64,000 bases of DNA, taken from NCBI GenBank assembly GCA_017510725.1, contig JAFWMD010000049.1, positions 82,478 to 146,477 on the forward strand, written 5' to 3'. Positions 52,601-60,636 of this stretch are shown here, piece by piece. Below the pieces are notes generated by a model. The model did no database searches and was not told the DNA's origin. It saw only the letters and a program-made list of their open reading frames with translations. The position numbers and the translations under genes were made by a program. Numbering within the stretch: the first letter of the stretch is position 1; each line of letters opens with the position of its first letter. The stretch comes from Mogibacterium sp. GTDB taxonomy: Bacteria; Bacillota; Clostridia; Peptostreptococcales; Anaerovoracaceae.

Positions 52601-54698
52601 CAAGGCCTTTAATGTTCTCATATACCCTGCTCTTTGCCCAGAGTTCTTCAACCGGCAGGTCTTCAGGCTTCTTGATACCCATCATGTCGAAGAACGTGAG
52701 TGAGTTAGGGATCTCGCCTCCGGATTCGATCTCAAGAACCTTAAGTTTGGATACGCGTCTTGCAAACTGTTCGAGATCGTCCTTGTTTACCTGGTCGAAT
52801 ACTATGGATGCATCCTGATCCGACTCAGCTGTCGTCTCATAGTAACCTCTGAAATTATTAGTATTTTCTATGATGAACTCACAGCTGTTTGGAAGTTCTT
52901 CATATCTTTCTGCCAGCATGATTGTTGTCAGGCCGTACAGTGCGTTATCTTCGAATATGTATTTTGAGAACATCTCGCCTTCAATCAGAGACTGATCTGA
53001 TATGAAGAGCACGAAGTATGGTTTAGGGAATGCCGCTTTTGGAGAGGAATTGTTGCTGGTGGCTTCCTCAGCCCTTGCACGCATGACATTACCCATTTCA
53101 TACAGGATGTCTCCTACTTCATCACGGTTGGATGCTACATACCTGGTTTTTCTGTCCTCTGACCAGACATGAGGCAGCCATTTTGCAAAGCCCCACTCAT
53201 CATGGTCGGCAGATTTGCTTCCGTCATAAATGTATGCCAGCTTGACATCCGTATAGCAATTGTTGGTTGCGATCTGGGCACTGAGTACTCTTGCTATGTC
53301 GATAGCGCCCTTCTTCATTTCACCTCCAACGATACCTATAATATGATGTTCGCTGAGGTCTACTGTTATAGGAACATTGCTGAGCGTCCTGTATGATGAT
53401 TTGATCATCTCAGGTCTCTCTGCAAGGTCATCTTCATACAACGAGAACCGGCTGGAAGGTATTCCGATCTCCATGTTGAACGGTGCATTACCCATTCCAA
53501 GCCTGTGAACAAGGAAGTCTCTGTGTGATACGTTTCTGCTCCACAGAGAACCCGACGTTTCATCGTACTGCAGGCACTTGTTTACTTCCGGATAGTTCTC
53601 ATGCAGGCTCTGAGTCGTTTCTTCATATACTTTCTTGATTTCTTCACTCTTTTTGATCAGATAATCGCCGTATTTATTGAGTCGGAGTTCCTTAAGCGCC
53701 GCAAGCTCTTTCTTTGATTGCTTGCGGTTGATAAGAGTCCACATGACTCCGATGAAGGCAGACGAAACAGCCATTACAAGGCCGGAGAACATGAAGAGGT
53801 TTCCTCCGCCACCCATCGTTCCCTGAGATCTGTACGACATGATCATGAGCGAGCATCCCAGCAGCATAGGCAGTGACATTGTCAGGGCCGGGCCGACAGA
53901 CATGAACAGGGACTGGTTCCTCTCCTGAGGGAGCGGCGGTGGTCCTTCGATCTCGATTTTCTCATGACGGATACTCTCTACATAACGAGGCGCTCTTCTG
54001 TAGGTCGTTTTACCCTGAGACAACGTTTTATTGGTTCTGGTCGGTCTCTTTGCATTTGCGGAAGGTGTTATCAGTCTCTTCAGCTTGGCCTCATTGATCG
54101 TTACTTTGTAATTCTTGGTATCGATTGCCAGGAGTGATCCGAGGTACACCATGTGAAGGCCGATGATGTTGATGTAGTCTCCAAATTCGAGCCTGATGCG
54201 ATCCTGGATCTTGACTGAGTTGACATAAATACCGTTGTCACTCATGTTCCTTATGTATGTTTCGCCTCCGCTTGACGTGATTTCGGCATGATGTCGCGAT
54301 ACCATTCCTCCGAAGTTGTATGCGATATCGTTCGAAGGGTCCTTTCCGATGGTGATACTATCTACATTACTGATTCTGTACTTGGACATCGAATGGAACG
54401 GACTGTCTGAATCCGACACGATGAGTGACAGGAGGTCTCCCTTGATCGTGGAAATTCCCACCATAAGTCTGTCAGACAGCTCGACCTCGCTGTAGCGGTC
54501 TTTGAGTACCGTCAGGCTGTATTCCGGACGCTCCTTGATTTTCCATACGTTGTTCATGACCTCAAGTGAAAGTTCGAGGTCGTCAGAAAGCTTGAACTGA
54601 TCCTTGAGGATGGTTATCTCGCAGTCTGAGTTGTTGATTGAAGGAAGAATGAATTCTTTGAAAGCTTCCTTTGAATAGATCGACAGAATAAGGCTCAT
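49659..54698 (-). CDS. essC: EssC/YukB-type FtsK-SpoIIIE T7SS ATPase (two N-terminal FHA-like domains, two TM, three P-loop domains)
   Basis: FHA-like ITIGKDPSNDIAYNFGGMVSRHHAEI...MSDNGIYVNS. TMs LFMSVGPALTMSLPMLLGCSLMIM and LFMFSGLVMAVSSAFIGVMWTLI. Walker A boxes GTTGSGKSE, GSIVSGKST, GAMQTGKTN. Walker B LFIIIDEFAEL. Confidence 0.93.
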   Translation of the reverse strand: MSLILSIYSKEAFKEFILPSINNSDCEITILKDQFKLSDDLELSLEVMNNVWKIKERPEYSLTVLKDRYSEVELSDRLMVGISTIKGDLLSLIVSDSDSPFHSMSKYRISNVDSITIGKDPSNDIAYNFGGMVSRHHAEITSSGGETYIRNMSDNGIYVNSVKIQDRIRLEFGDYINIIGLHMVYLGSLLAIDTKNYKVTINEAKLKRLITPSANAKRPTRTNKTLSQGKTTYRRAPRYVESIRHEKIEIEGPPPLPQERNQSLFMSVGPALTMSLPMLLGCSLMIMSYRSQGTMGGGGNLFMFSGLVMAVSSAFIGVMWTLINRKQSKKELAALKELRLNKYGDYLIKKSEEIKKVYEETTQSLHENYPEVNKCLQYDETSGSLWSRNVSHRDFLVHRLGMGNAPFNMEIGIPSSRFSLYEDDLAERPEMIKSSYRTLSNVPITVDLSEHHIIGIVGGEMKKGAIDIARVLSAQIATNNCYTDVKLAYIYDGSKSADHDEWGFAKWLPHVWSEDRKTRYVASNRDEVGDILYEMGNVMRARAEEATSNNSSPKAAFPKPYFVLFISDQSLIEGEMFSKYIFEDNALYGLTTIMLAERYEELPNSCEFIIENTNNFRGYYETTAESDQDASIVFDQVNKDDLEQFARRVSKLKVLEIESGGEIPNSLTFFDMMGIKKPEDLPVEELWAKSRVYENIKGLVGQKAGGVPCYLDVHEKYHGPHGLVAGTTGSGKSETLQTYILSLAINYSPDDVAFFIIDYKGGGMANLFDGMPQMAGSISNLSGNQVKRAMISIKSENRRRQRIFTENGVNNINAYTKLYKNGEVTTPVPHLFIIIDEFAELKREEPEFMRELISVAQVGRSLGVHLILATQKPSGTVDDNIWSNSKFRLCLRVQDKQDSNDMLHKPDAAYITQAGRCYLQVGNDELYELFQSGYSGAAYDESSYEGNADVAKLISLTGKVDMTGNSIKQARKKTAEIRWAEKLIDMLEQTAAAVLAESDGSLGDPDNVQAIITGMYDIMARSNIDYQESKFNTARLQDLVRMYAELSAEGDIPDAEGLVAYSAETGRKLPQQKEHTELDAIKEYLAVVAKENGYTAKHQLWLPVLRERIFLEEFPAYRDNAFTTNGSWKPADSNWNLAVTIGQMDDPENQAQMPFDIDFAEDGNMAICGSIVSGKSTTMQTIAFSLIQRYSPEVVNIYALDFSSKMMSAFENAPQFGGVMYENDKEKIGKFFNMINGILEERKKIFRGGSYKQYVRVNGVTMPAIFIMIDNYGAFKQKTNEAYEEDMIRLSKEGISNGIFLLVSGGGYSAAEITSRVGENMSTVLTLSLKDKFEYGDLLHTTQISVLPESGVKGRGLAYYGTRILEYQTALAVRADNDYERMEGIRAICDKMAETWTGRLARPVPEIPEKPVWQSFSRLEEYENMIARKDLLPIGYDAASAAVYGIPLNETFCYGIYGAMQTGKTNLLKICVLGALKKGAEICIVDNGENDLSMFKESPGVTYVVTEKELESYLGKLIPDFIERRKRKDVLISEGKEADEIFEVMSSEFKPVFFFLPQIDQFINLIYKSTINLAPLFENIIAKGSGNNIYFIGDLSIKNKANASGYAAFDSFTGYKKGIHMGGNVAANTLLNFEYMPYSEQNKNAKVGVGQLPDVYDENATRKVVVPLVKKIEQEDKSK

Positions 54699-54901
54699 CT
54701 GTTATTTCCTCTCTTATTTGTTATCTGTTCATCAAGCATATTGAATTTGCTTAATTCCTGCTTGCTGTTGATTTCAGCTACCCTGGCTTTTTTCAGACGT
54801 GAGAATTTTACGGTAAAAAATATGAGAACTGCTGCGACAACGACCTCAACCGCAAGCCAGAAATAATATGATGTGAATATTTCCTTGAGTTGTTCTTCCA
54901 T
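54695..54901 (-). CDS. 68-aa single-TM protein translationally coupled to essC
   Basis: TM YYFWLAVEVVVAAVLIFFTV followed by a basic segment. It has a 4-nt overlap with the essC start. Confidence 0.6.
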   Translation of the reverse strand: MEEQLKEIFTSYYFWLAVEVVVAAVLIFFTVKFSRLKKARVAEINSKQELSKFNMLDEQITNKRGNNR

Positions 54902-54949
54902 GAGGTGATCCTGTTTCTCCTTTATAACAGAAATATCTTCTTTTTTAAG

Positions 54950-55837
54950 TCAGATCCTGACTATTCTTAACCTTATATTGCAGGCAGAGCCTGTTGCATG
55001 ATCCCTGAGGCCGGTATCCGTGATGAGCAGGCAATCGCCCTCTCTCACTCCTGCAGGAATGGTGATTTCAAACCTCTCACCTGTACCGAAATCAACTATC
55101 CTGACAACCCCTTTCTGCATTTCAGAATCACTGAGGTAAAATATACCGTTTTTCTCTTTTACAGTTCCGGGATGGGCACTATGTTGTCCGACCAGGAAGA
55201 CGGTTCCTTCGTTCAGGCCATTATACATGTCGAACATATTGTCATTTATGTCGACTTTTTTATCTATATTATTATCGAAATGGACCTCTCCCTCCGGAGC
55301 AGCCTCCGCCGGCTCATGTGCAGGTTCTGCTGCCGGCTCTGCGATCACCGGTACCGCTTCTGGTATTGGTTCCGGTTCTGGCACATATACTGGCTCTTCG
55401 ATCACTGGTTCCGGTTCTGGCACATATACCGGTTCCTCGATAACTGGTTCTGGTTCCGGTATCGGTTCTGGTTCTGCCATATATACCGGTTCCTCGATCA
55501 CTGGTTCCGGTTCTGGTTCTGGCACATATACCGGCTCCTCGATCACCGGTTCTGGTTCTGGTTCCGGCTCCGGTATCGGTTCAGGTTCTGCCATATATAC
55601 CGGCTCTTCGATCACCGGTTCTGGTTCTGGTTCCGGCTCCGGTATAGGTTCAGGTTCTGCCATATATACCGGCTCTTCGATCACCGGTTCAGGTTCAGGA
55701 ATAGGTTCCGGCTCCGGCTTTGCAGTCACCACCGGTTCCTCTACTTCCGGAACGAGCAGTTTAGCTCCGCAATATGCACAGAACAGTGCGCCTTCTATTA
55801 TTTTTTCTCCGCATTTAATACAAAATCTCTGCCGCAT
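54950..55837 (-). CDS. Zinc-ribbon protein with PEPEP-type tandem repeats and conserved C-terminal beta-rich domain
   Basis: FCIKCG...FCAYCG zinc ribbon. About 150 aa of ([23 protein letters not shown])n. The C-terminal [32 protein letters not shown]...CNIRLRI is paralogous to 1243..1746. Confidence 0.8.
   Translation of the reverse strand: MRQRFCIKCGEKIIEGALFCAYCGAKLLVPEVEEPVVTAKPEPEPIPEPEPVIEEPVYMAEPEPIPEPEPEPEPVIEEPVYMAEPEPIPEPEPEPEPVIEEPVYVPEPEPEPVIEEPVYMAEPEPIPEPEPVIEEPVYVPEPEPVIEEPVYVPEPEPIPEAVPVIAEPAAEPAHEPAEAAPEGEVHFDNNIDKKVDINDNMFDMYNGLNEGTVFLVGQHSAHPGTVKEKNGIFYLSDSEMQKGVVRIVDFGTGERFEITIPAGVREGDCLLITDTGLRDHATGSACNIRLRIVRI
55300..55750. repeat. Coding tandem repeat (69-bp unit and shorter derivatives)
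   Basis: Units 55548-55616 and 55617-55685 differ at one base (ggtatcggt vs ggtataggt). More diverged copies flank them. Confidence 0.9.
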
Positions 55838-55867
55838 CTCTTAACCTCCTGGTGCTCCGTATGCAGC

Positions 55868-56953
55868 TTAGCGCTTTTCCGGAAACCCTATTCTGTAAAC
55901 ATTATCAGATAATTTAATGGTATCACCCTCTGATATGCGGTACTCAACCGACTTATCTATCCTGATGCCGTTCACCCTGACGCCGTTTGTTGAATTGGCA
56001 TCGGTTACATAATACATGCCTCCCTTTTCTGTAAAGATGGCATGCTCGCGGCTTATCTTGTCGATTTTCAGTATGTAATCATTAGCCTTGCTGCGGCCGA
56101 TTTTGAACGGGAAGTGATCTATAAGGATCTCTTCTCCTACTCCGACACCCCTTATGCAGGTAAGACTCATAGGTTTCTCTGCTAAGCGCTTTACTTCTTC
56201 TATCGGCATTGCTACCGTTTTTTCCAATTCGGCTGGTCCGTCATCAGGCTCAGGTATAAAAACAGGAATCGAATTCTGCAGGGAAGGACGTTCCTGTGCA
56301 GGAGCCGGTACGTCGTACACCGGGCCTGCGGCAGGCATTTCTTCCACCTTTCTCTCTTCTGCTGCTTTCAGAGCCTCGCGAATCTGTTCGGTTTTTATTT
56401 CCTGTGTATATGCAGCTTTTTTCTTCTCAGGCTCAAGGCCGCACGAAACATAAACAACCTCCGGCTCATCATACTCCATAGGCAGGACAGGTCTTGCCTT
56501 TATGGTGTAAGTCTTCGGCTCAGGTTTTTCTGCTTCCTGCACCTGCAGAGCTTCCCGGCTTCTCTTTTCAAGCACCGGATAGTTTATAACAAACTCAAAT
56601 TCAACTTTGCCGAGTATTATGCTGTCCCCGTTATTCACACTATAAGGAACTCCGGACTGGATCTTCTGCCTGTTGATCTTTGTTCCTTCTCTTGATCCAT
56701 TGTCCATGATGGTGAACTGTCCGTTATGGCAGTCTATGGTGCAGTGGACATTATCAACACTGTTGTGAAAAAAAGAAACATCTGCCGCATTAGGGTTTTT
56801 CCCTATAGTTGCAGGTACTTTGCTGATACCCCTTTTGATCTTCTTGTTGAAAAGGACTGCCAGCATTTCTTCTTCCTGAGTGTCGGACATATTGCTGGTC
56901 TTTTCAGCTTCTGGTTCCGCTACGCTGTCTTCTTTTTTGAACCATTCAAGCAT
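55868..56953 (-). CDS. Tandem FHA-domain protein (paralogue of 1768..2844)
   Basis: N-terminal FHA-like ATIGKNPN...VDNVHCTI...GSREGTKINR. C-terminal canonical FHA FKIGRSKAND...ISREHAIF...NSTNGVRVNG. Inter-domain motif EYDEPEVVYVSCGLEPEKKK. Confidence 0.9.
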   Translation of the reverse strand: MLEWFKKEDSVAEPEAEKTSNMSDTQEEEMLAVLFNKKIKRGISKVPATIGKNPNAADVSFFHNSVDNVHCTIDCHNGQFTIMDNGSREGTKINRQKIQSGVPYSVNNGDSIILGKVEFEFVINYPVLEKRSREALQVQEAEKPEPKTYTIKARPVLPMEYDEPEVVYVSCGLEPEKKKAAYTQEIKTEQIREALKAAEERKVEEMPAAGPVYDVPAPAQERPSLQNSIPVFIPEPDDGPAELEKTVAMPIEEVKRLAEKPMSLTCIRGVGVGEEILIDHFPFKIGRSKANDYILKIDKISREHAIFTEKGGMYYVTDANSTNGVRVNGIRIDKSVEYRISEGDTIKLSDNVYRIGFPEKR

Positions 56954-56991
56954 ATGTACAACTCCTTTTATCGCTTAATGACGATGCATGC

Positions 56992-57594
56992 CTACTTTTC
57001 AATATTGAAAGTAAACTCTACATCGGCAAATTTTATCCTGTCTCCGTCATTGACAGGCATCTGCTGAGTCTTAGGTACTGGTACTCCGTTCACGGTGGTT
57101 CCGTTTTTGGAGTTATCTACTATAAAATAATTGCCGTCTCTTTCATAGAAAGTCGCATGCAGCCTGCTGATCTTCTGACTACCCGGAATCATGTAATTAG
57201 AGCTGTTAAGGCTTTTGCCTACAGAGAACAGATCTCCTGTGCACTCTATCCTGTATCCATCAGAACATCTTGTCAGTACTACTTTGCATTGCGGCTTTTC
57301 TTCCATGAAGAACGGCAGCGTTTTATCATCATCATCGTCATCAACCGGTACAGTTGCATCATCATACGAAGCAATGGTTTTCTCATCGTAAAAATCATCA
57401 TCTACTTCAGGGACCAGAACCATGTTCTGAGGTGTCACTGCAGGTCCCTGGTTGTATGCTTCAGCGCGGACGTCGGACGGGCTGCTGCCGGCACTGTCAG
57501 TTTTACTTTTCTTTTTATTTCCGCTAATCACCGCAAAAATAATACCACCGACTATAACCACGGTAGCTAAAACTGCAATCCATACTTCTGCCAT
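56992..57594 (-). CDS. N-terminally membrane-anchored FHA-domain protein
   Basis: TM VWIAVLATVVIVGGIIFAVI followed by KKKSK. C-terminal FHA: FSVGKSLNSSNYMI...ISRLHATF...NSKNGTTVNG. Confidence 0.88.
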   Translation of the reverse strand: MAEVWIAVLATVVIVGGIIFAVISGNKKKSKTDSAGSSPSDVRAEAYNQGPAVTPQNMVLVPEVDDDFYDEKTIASYDDATVPVDDDDDDKTLPFFMEEKPQCKVVLTRCSDGYRIECTGDLFSVGKSLNSSNYMIPGSQKISRLHATFYERDGNYFIVDNSKNGTTVNGVPVPKTQQMPVNDGDRIKFADVEFTFNIEK

Positions 57595-57747
57595 GATCTG
57601 TAAACCGTCCTTTCAGATGATGTCTGTAATAATACTTACATAAAAAAAGAATGCACTATTCTATACTATAATAACACATTCTCTCCCTTGAATCTATGAA
57701 TCTATTGCCTCCCGCATCGTATCCCATGCAGGATAAAAAGTTGCATT

Positions 57748-58581
57748 CTAATCAAGTCCGCCTCCATCGTCGGAATATTCATCTCCATCATCGGAGCCAT
57801 CATCAGATATCTCCGCTTCTGCTTCTGCCTCTTTCTTTCTTCTCGCAGCTGTTGCACCAAGGTTTTCCACATAATAAGCAGACGCTTCCTCATAGCTGCC
57901 GTCAAACTCCACCTTGCCTTCATTAAGAATTATTCCTCTTGTACAGTAATTTGCCGCCGTGCTAAGTCTGTTTACGGCCATAACCAGCGTGACCTCAGGA
58001 TCGAGAAGCAAAGCCTTCAGATGTTCCATATATTTCGGGGTATACGATTTGCCGCCAAAAGTTAGCTTTTCATCAAACAGCATGATATCGGGCTTATCAT
58101 ATGTAGAAATTGCAAATCCGAGTCTGTTTGCTCCAGTGCTTTTTACACTTCTCAACTGTTGATCTGCAGCCTTACTCAGGCCGGCAAAATTCAGTATCTC
58201 CTCTTCACGCTCCTTCATGCTCTCACGGGACCAGCCGAGCAGAGTACACCTGATCTCATAGTTATCTCTTATAGTAAGGCTGTTGTCAAAACCATATCTG
58301 AAATCAAGAAGAGTAGTAATATCGCCCTTGACTTCGACGCTTCCTTTTTCAGGCGTTAAAATACCTGCAAGAAGACGCATCATCGTAGTCTTGCCGCCTC
58401 CGGGTTTTGTTATGATTCCAACTTTTTCGCCTTTACATATCTCGAATGAGACATCACTGAAGACGTTCCTAATATCTCCTGTGCGCCTGAGCAGCAGCAT
58501 ATGCTGCATCTTCTGTATGTTCCTTTTATAATGCCTGAACGTTTTTCTGAGGTGATTAGCTTTGATTACTACTTCGCTCAT
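57748..58581 (-). CDS. tagH: Teichoic-acid/polysaccharide export ABC transporter ATP-binding protein (TagH-like)
   Basis: Walker A TKPGGGKTT. Signature-like KSTGANRLGFAIS. Walker B DIMLFDE. It is adjacent to an ABC-2 permease and has an acidic C-terminal tail. Confidence 0.8.
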   Translation of the reverse strand: MSEVVIKANHLRKTFRHYKRNIQKMQHMLLLRRTGDIRNVFSDVSFEICKGEKVGIITKPGGGKTTMMRLLAGILTPEKGSVEVKGDITTLLDFRYGFDNSLTIRDNYEIRCTLLGWSRESMKEREEEILNFAGLSKAADQQLRSVKSTGANRLGFAISTYDKPDIMLFDEKLTFGGKSYTPKYMEHLKALLLDPEVTLVMAVNRLSTAANYCTRGIILNEGKVEFDGSYEEASAYYVENLGATAARRKKEAEAEAEISDDGSDDGDEYSDDGGGLD

Positions 58582-58593
58582 TTATCCACCTCC

Positions 58594-59397
58594 CTAAACG
58601 AATTCCGGCATGCGTTTAGCCATGCGCTTATATAGCAGGAATGTAACAAAAGTCATTATCAGCATAACGACACAGTAATTGAACAAAAGTCTCTTCTGCT
58701 CCCATATCCAGACATGGTAAGCAAAGACATTTCTGTAGCCTTCTGCTATGAAACGAATCGGGTTTAAAGTGAAGAAAAGACTTTTCTTCCCCCGTGAGTT
58801 AAACAGAATACCGGACAGCCAAAAGAATGCCGTCCTTATTGTCTTTATGAATTCAAGTATATCTGCGCTCATCACGTTCATGAGACCAGTCATCATGACC
58901 CACACATATACGAATATAATTGTGAGAAGCATATATATCGGCAGCTGAAGCCAATAGATGCTCGGCTTTACCCCCATAAGGACTGCGATTAACATCAGTA
59001 TGACCACCATAATGCAATGAATAAGCAGCTTGGATATTACAGGAATCGTCGGAATGGCTGATACCGGATACTTTGTGCCTTTGATGATGCTCTTGTATCT
59101 GTTGAAGCAGTTTGCACCTCCTACCAACAGGTCAGAGATGTACTGCCATGGAACAATCCCTGATGCAAGCCAGATGAAGTACGGACATACAGAACCTTCT
59201 ATGTCACGGGCATTTCTGAATCCAGTGGATATGGCAAAATAAAACATCATAATATAAAAGAGCGGTTTTGCGATCGCCCAGAACCAACCAAGATCGGACT
59301 TCATGTGCGCTCTCTTAATATCCTTGCGGGCAAGGCATAGCGTTGACCTCAGGCATTTTATATTATCTCTGATGATTGTTATTAACCAGCTAATCAT
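58594..59397 (-). CDS. tagG: ABC-2 type polysaccharide/teichoic-acid export permease (TagG-like)
   Basis: 267 aa with six hydrophobic helices, immediately upstream of the TagH-like ATPase. Confidence 0.8.
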   Translation of the reverse strand: MISWLITIIRDNIKCLRSTLCLARKDIKRAHMKSDLGWFWAIAKPLFYIMMFYFAISTGFRNARDIEGSVCPYFIWLASGIVPWQYISDLLVGGANCFNRYKSIIKGTKYPVSAIPTIPVISKLLIHCIMVVILMLIAVLMGVKPSIYWLQLPIYMLLTIIFVYVWVMMTGLMNVMSADILEFIKTIRTAFFWLSGILFNSRGKKSLFFTLNPIRFIAEGYRNVFAYHVWIWEQKRLLFNYCVVMLIMTFVTFLLYKRMAKRMPEFV

Positions 59398-59409
59398 TTT
59401 TCTTATGTC

Positions 59410-60633
59410 TTACTTATCGGAATACAGCAGTCTTCTGGTATACTTCTTCCTCAATCTGTTATATCTCTTTTCTGGTACGATTTGTCTTATCACAGAGAAC
59501 ATCATTCTTCTAAATGGCTTATGGTGCTTCCTCAGATCATCCTTGAAGACAGCCTTATAAACCTGAGCCGATGAAGTACCCGTCTCATATGTCAGGTACT
59601 TTGCACGGAAACCTTCTATGCGCCTGCCATTGATCTCATAGTGTCTTTTTATGTCTTTGACCGCTCTGATGACATCTTCCGTGGTCTCCGCAAGTGCACC
59701 GGGCGCTTCGGTGGAGATGTCGAAATACGCTCCGCGAGTATCCTTTGTATACTCTTTCAGATCATAGGCAAAGAATACCATTGGCTTCTCTGTCAGAGCA
59801 AAATCAAACATCACCGAGGAGTAATCAGTGATCAGTATGTCCGTTATCGGGAAAAGGTCCTCTATCTTGCCCGTCCTGCCGCCGTCAAAGATAAACTTGC
59901 CGTCATCAGGCATATCGTATTTGTCAGCCACAAAATAGTGCGGCCTTACAAGGATCACGTATTCGTCAGAGAGAGCCTTGCGCATTTCTTCGAGATCGAG
60001 CATCATATCGAAGCGGTCCATGTCTCTCCATGTAGGAGCATACAGCATCACCCTCTTGTCTGCAGGTATGCCAAGCTCAGCTTTCAGCTCCTTCGCCGTC
60101 TCTTCATCCTGCCTGTAGATAGAATCCGTGCGCGGATAACCTGTCTCGAGCACTACATTGTCGAAGCGGAACCATCTCCACGCCATATTCTTCGTGAACT
60201 CGCCTTGGGCTACCAGGTAGTCCCAGATGATACTGCGGCTCACGACACGGAGTTCCTCCTTCTCTGTCGGAAGCTCCTCCTTGACATCGAGGCCGAAGGT
60301 CTTGAACGGTGTTCCATGCATGGTCTGCACTATGATCTGCCCTTCGCGTTTTTTGAACGACACCGGAAAGTTGGCATTGTATATGAAGTATTTGGCGGTC
60401 GCCAGGTAATGATAATACTCCTCAGAATTTCGCTCTACCTTCCTTGCGTTTCCCCTGATTGGCGTGTTTACATCATTCAGGAACCAGACGCACTCATACT
60501 CCGGGTAGTTTTCAATAATGTACTCATACAAAGCTGCGGGATTACAGCTGTAGCTGCGTCCCCAGAGAGATTCGAACACTATGCAGTTTTCTCTGATTGG
60601 CTCCTTGCGGAATTCCTCATACTTTTGCTTCAT
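59410..60633 (-). CDS. CDP-glycerol glycerophosphotransferase (TagB/TagF family)
   Basis: VQTMHGTPFKTFGLD, MLYAPTWRD, LVRPHYFV, ITDYSSVMFDF. Confidence 0.85.
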   Translation of the reverse strand: MKQKYEEFRKEPIRENCIVFESLWGRSYSCNPAALYEYIIENYPEYECVWFLNDVNTPIRGNARKVERNSEEYYHYLATAKYFIYNANFPVSFKKREGQIIVQTMHGTPFKTFGLDVKEELPTEKEELRVVSRSIIWDYLVAQGEFTKNMAWRWFRFDNVVLETGYPRTDSIYRQDEETAKELKAELGIPADKRVMLYAPTWRDMDRFDMMLDLEEMRKALSDEYVILVRPHYFVADKYDMPDDGKFIFDGGRTGKIEDLFPITDILITDYSSVMFDFALTEKPMVFFAYDLKEYTKDTRGAYFDISTEAPGALAETTEDVIRAVKDIKRHYEINGRRIEGFRAKYLTYETGTSSAQVYKAVFKDDLRKHHKPFRRMMFSVIRQIVPEKRYNRLRKKYTRRLLYSDK

Positions 60634-60636
60634 ATC

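Noticed and set aside
54998-55912. 304-aa and 205-aa plus-strand ORFs (54998..55912 and 55227..55844) with GSGSG / WFRFW repeats.
   Set aside because: They are antisense read-through of the PEPEP-encoding tandem repeat of 54950..55837. They have no start context and are a repeat-derived artefact.
13800-57700. Calling the kinase/T7SS region a mobile genomic island or integrative element.
   Set aside because: I could find no integrase, recombinase, transposase, tRNA attachment site, conjugation genes or flanking direct repeats. Compositional differences were judged only by eye.
57595-57747. TGCA-containing half-sites (ATGCACTATT at 57651, ATGCAGGAT at 57726, TTGCATTCT at 57741) upstream of the first T7SS-operon gene, considered as a fourth copy of the phased-repeat element.
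   Set aside because: The spacing between cores is 15 nt, or no partner lies at 21 nt. The CC(C)TGAA spacer end is absent, and the distance to the candidate -10 does not match the 35-37 nt seen at the other three sites.
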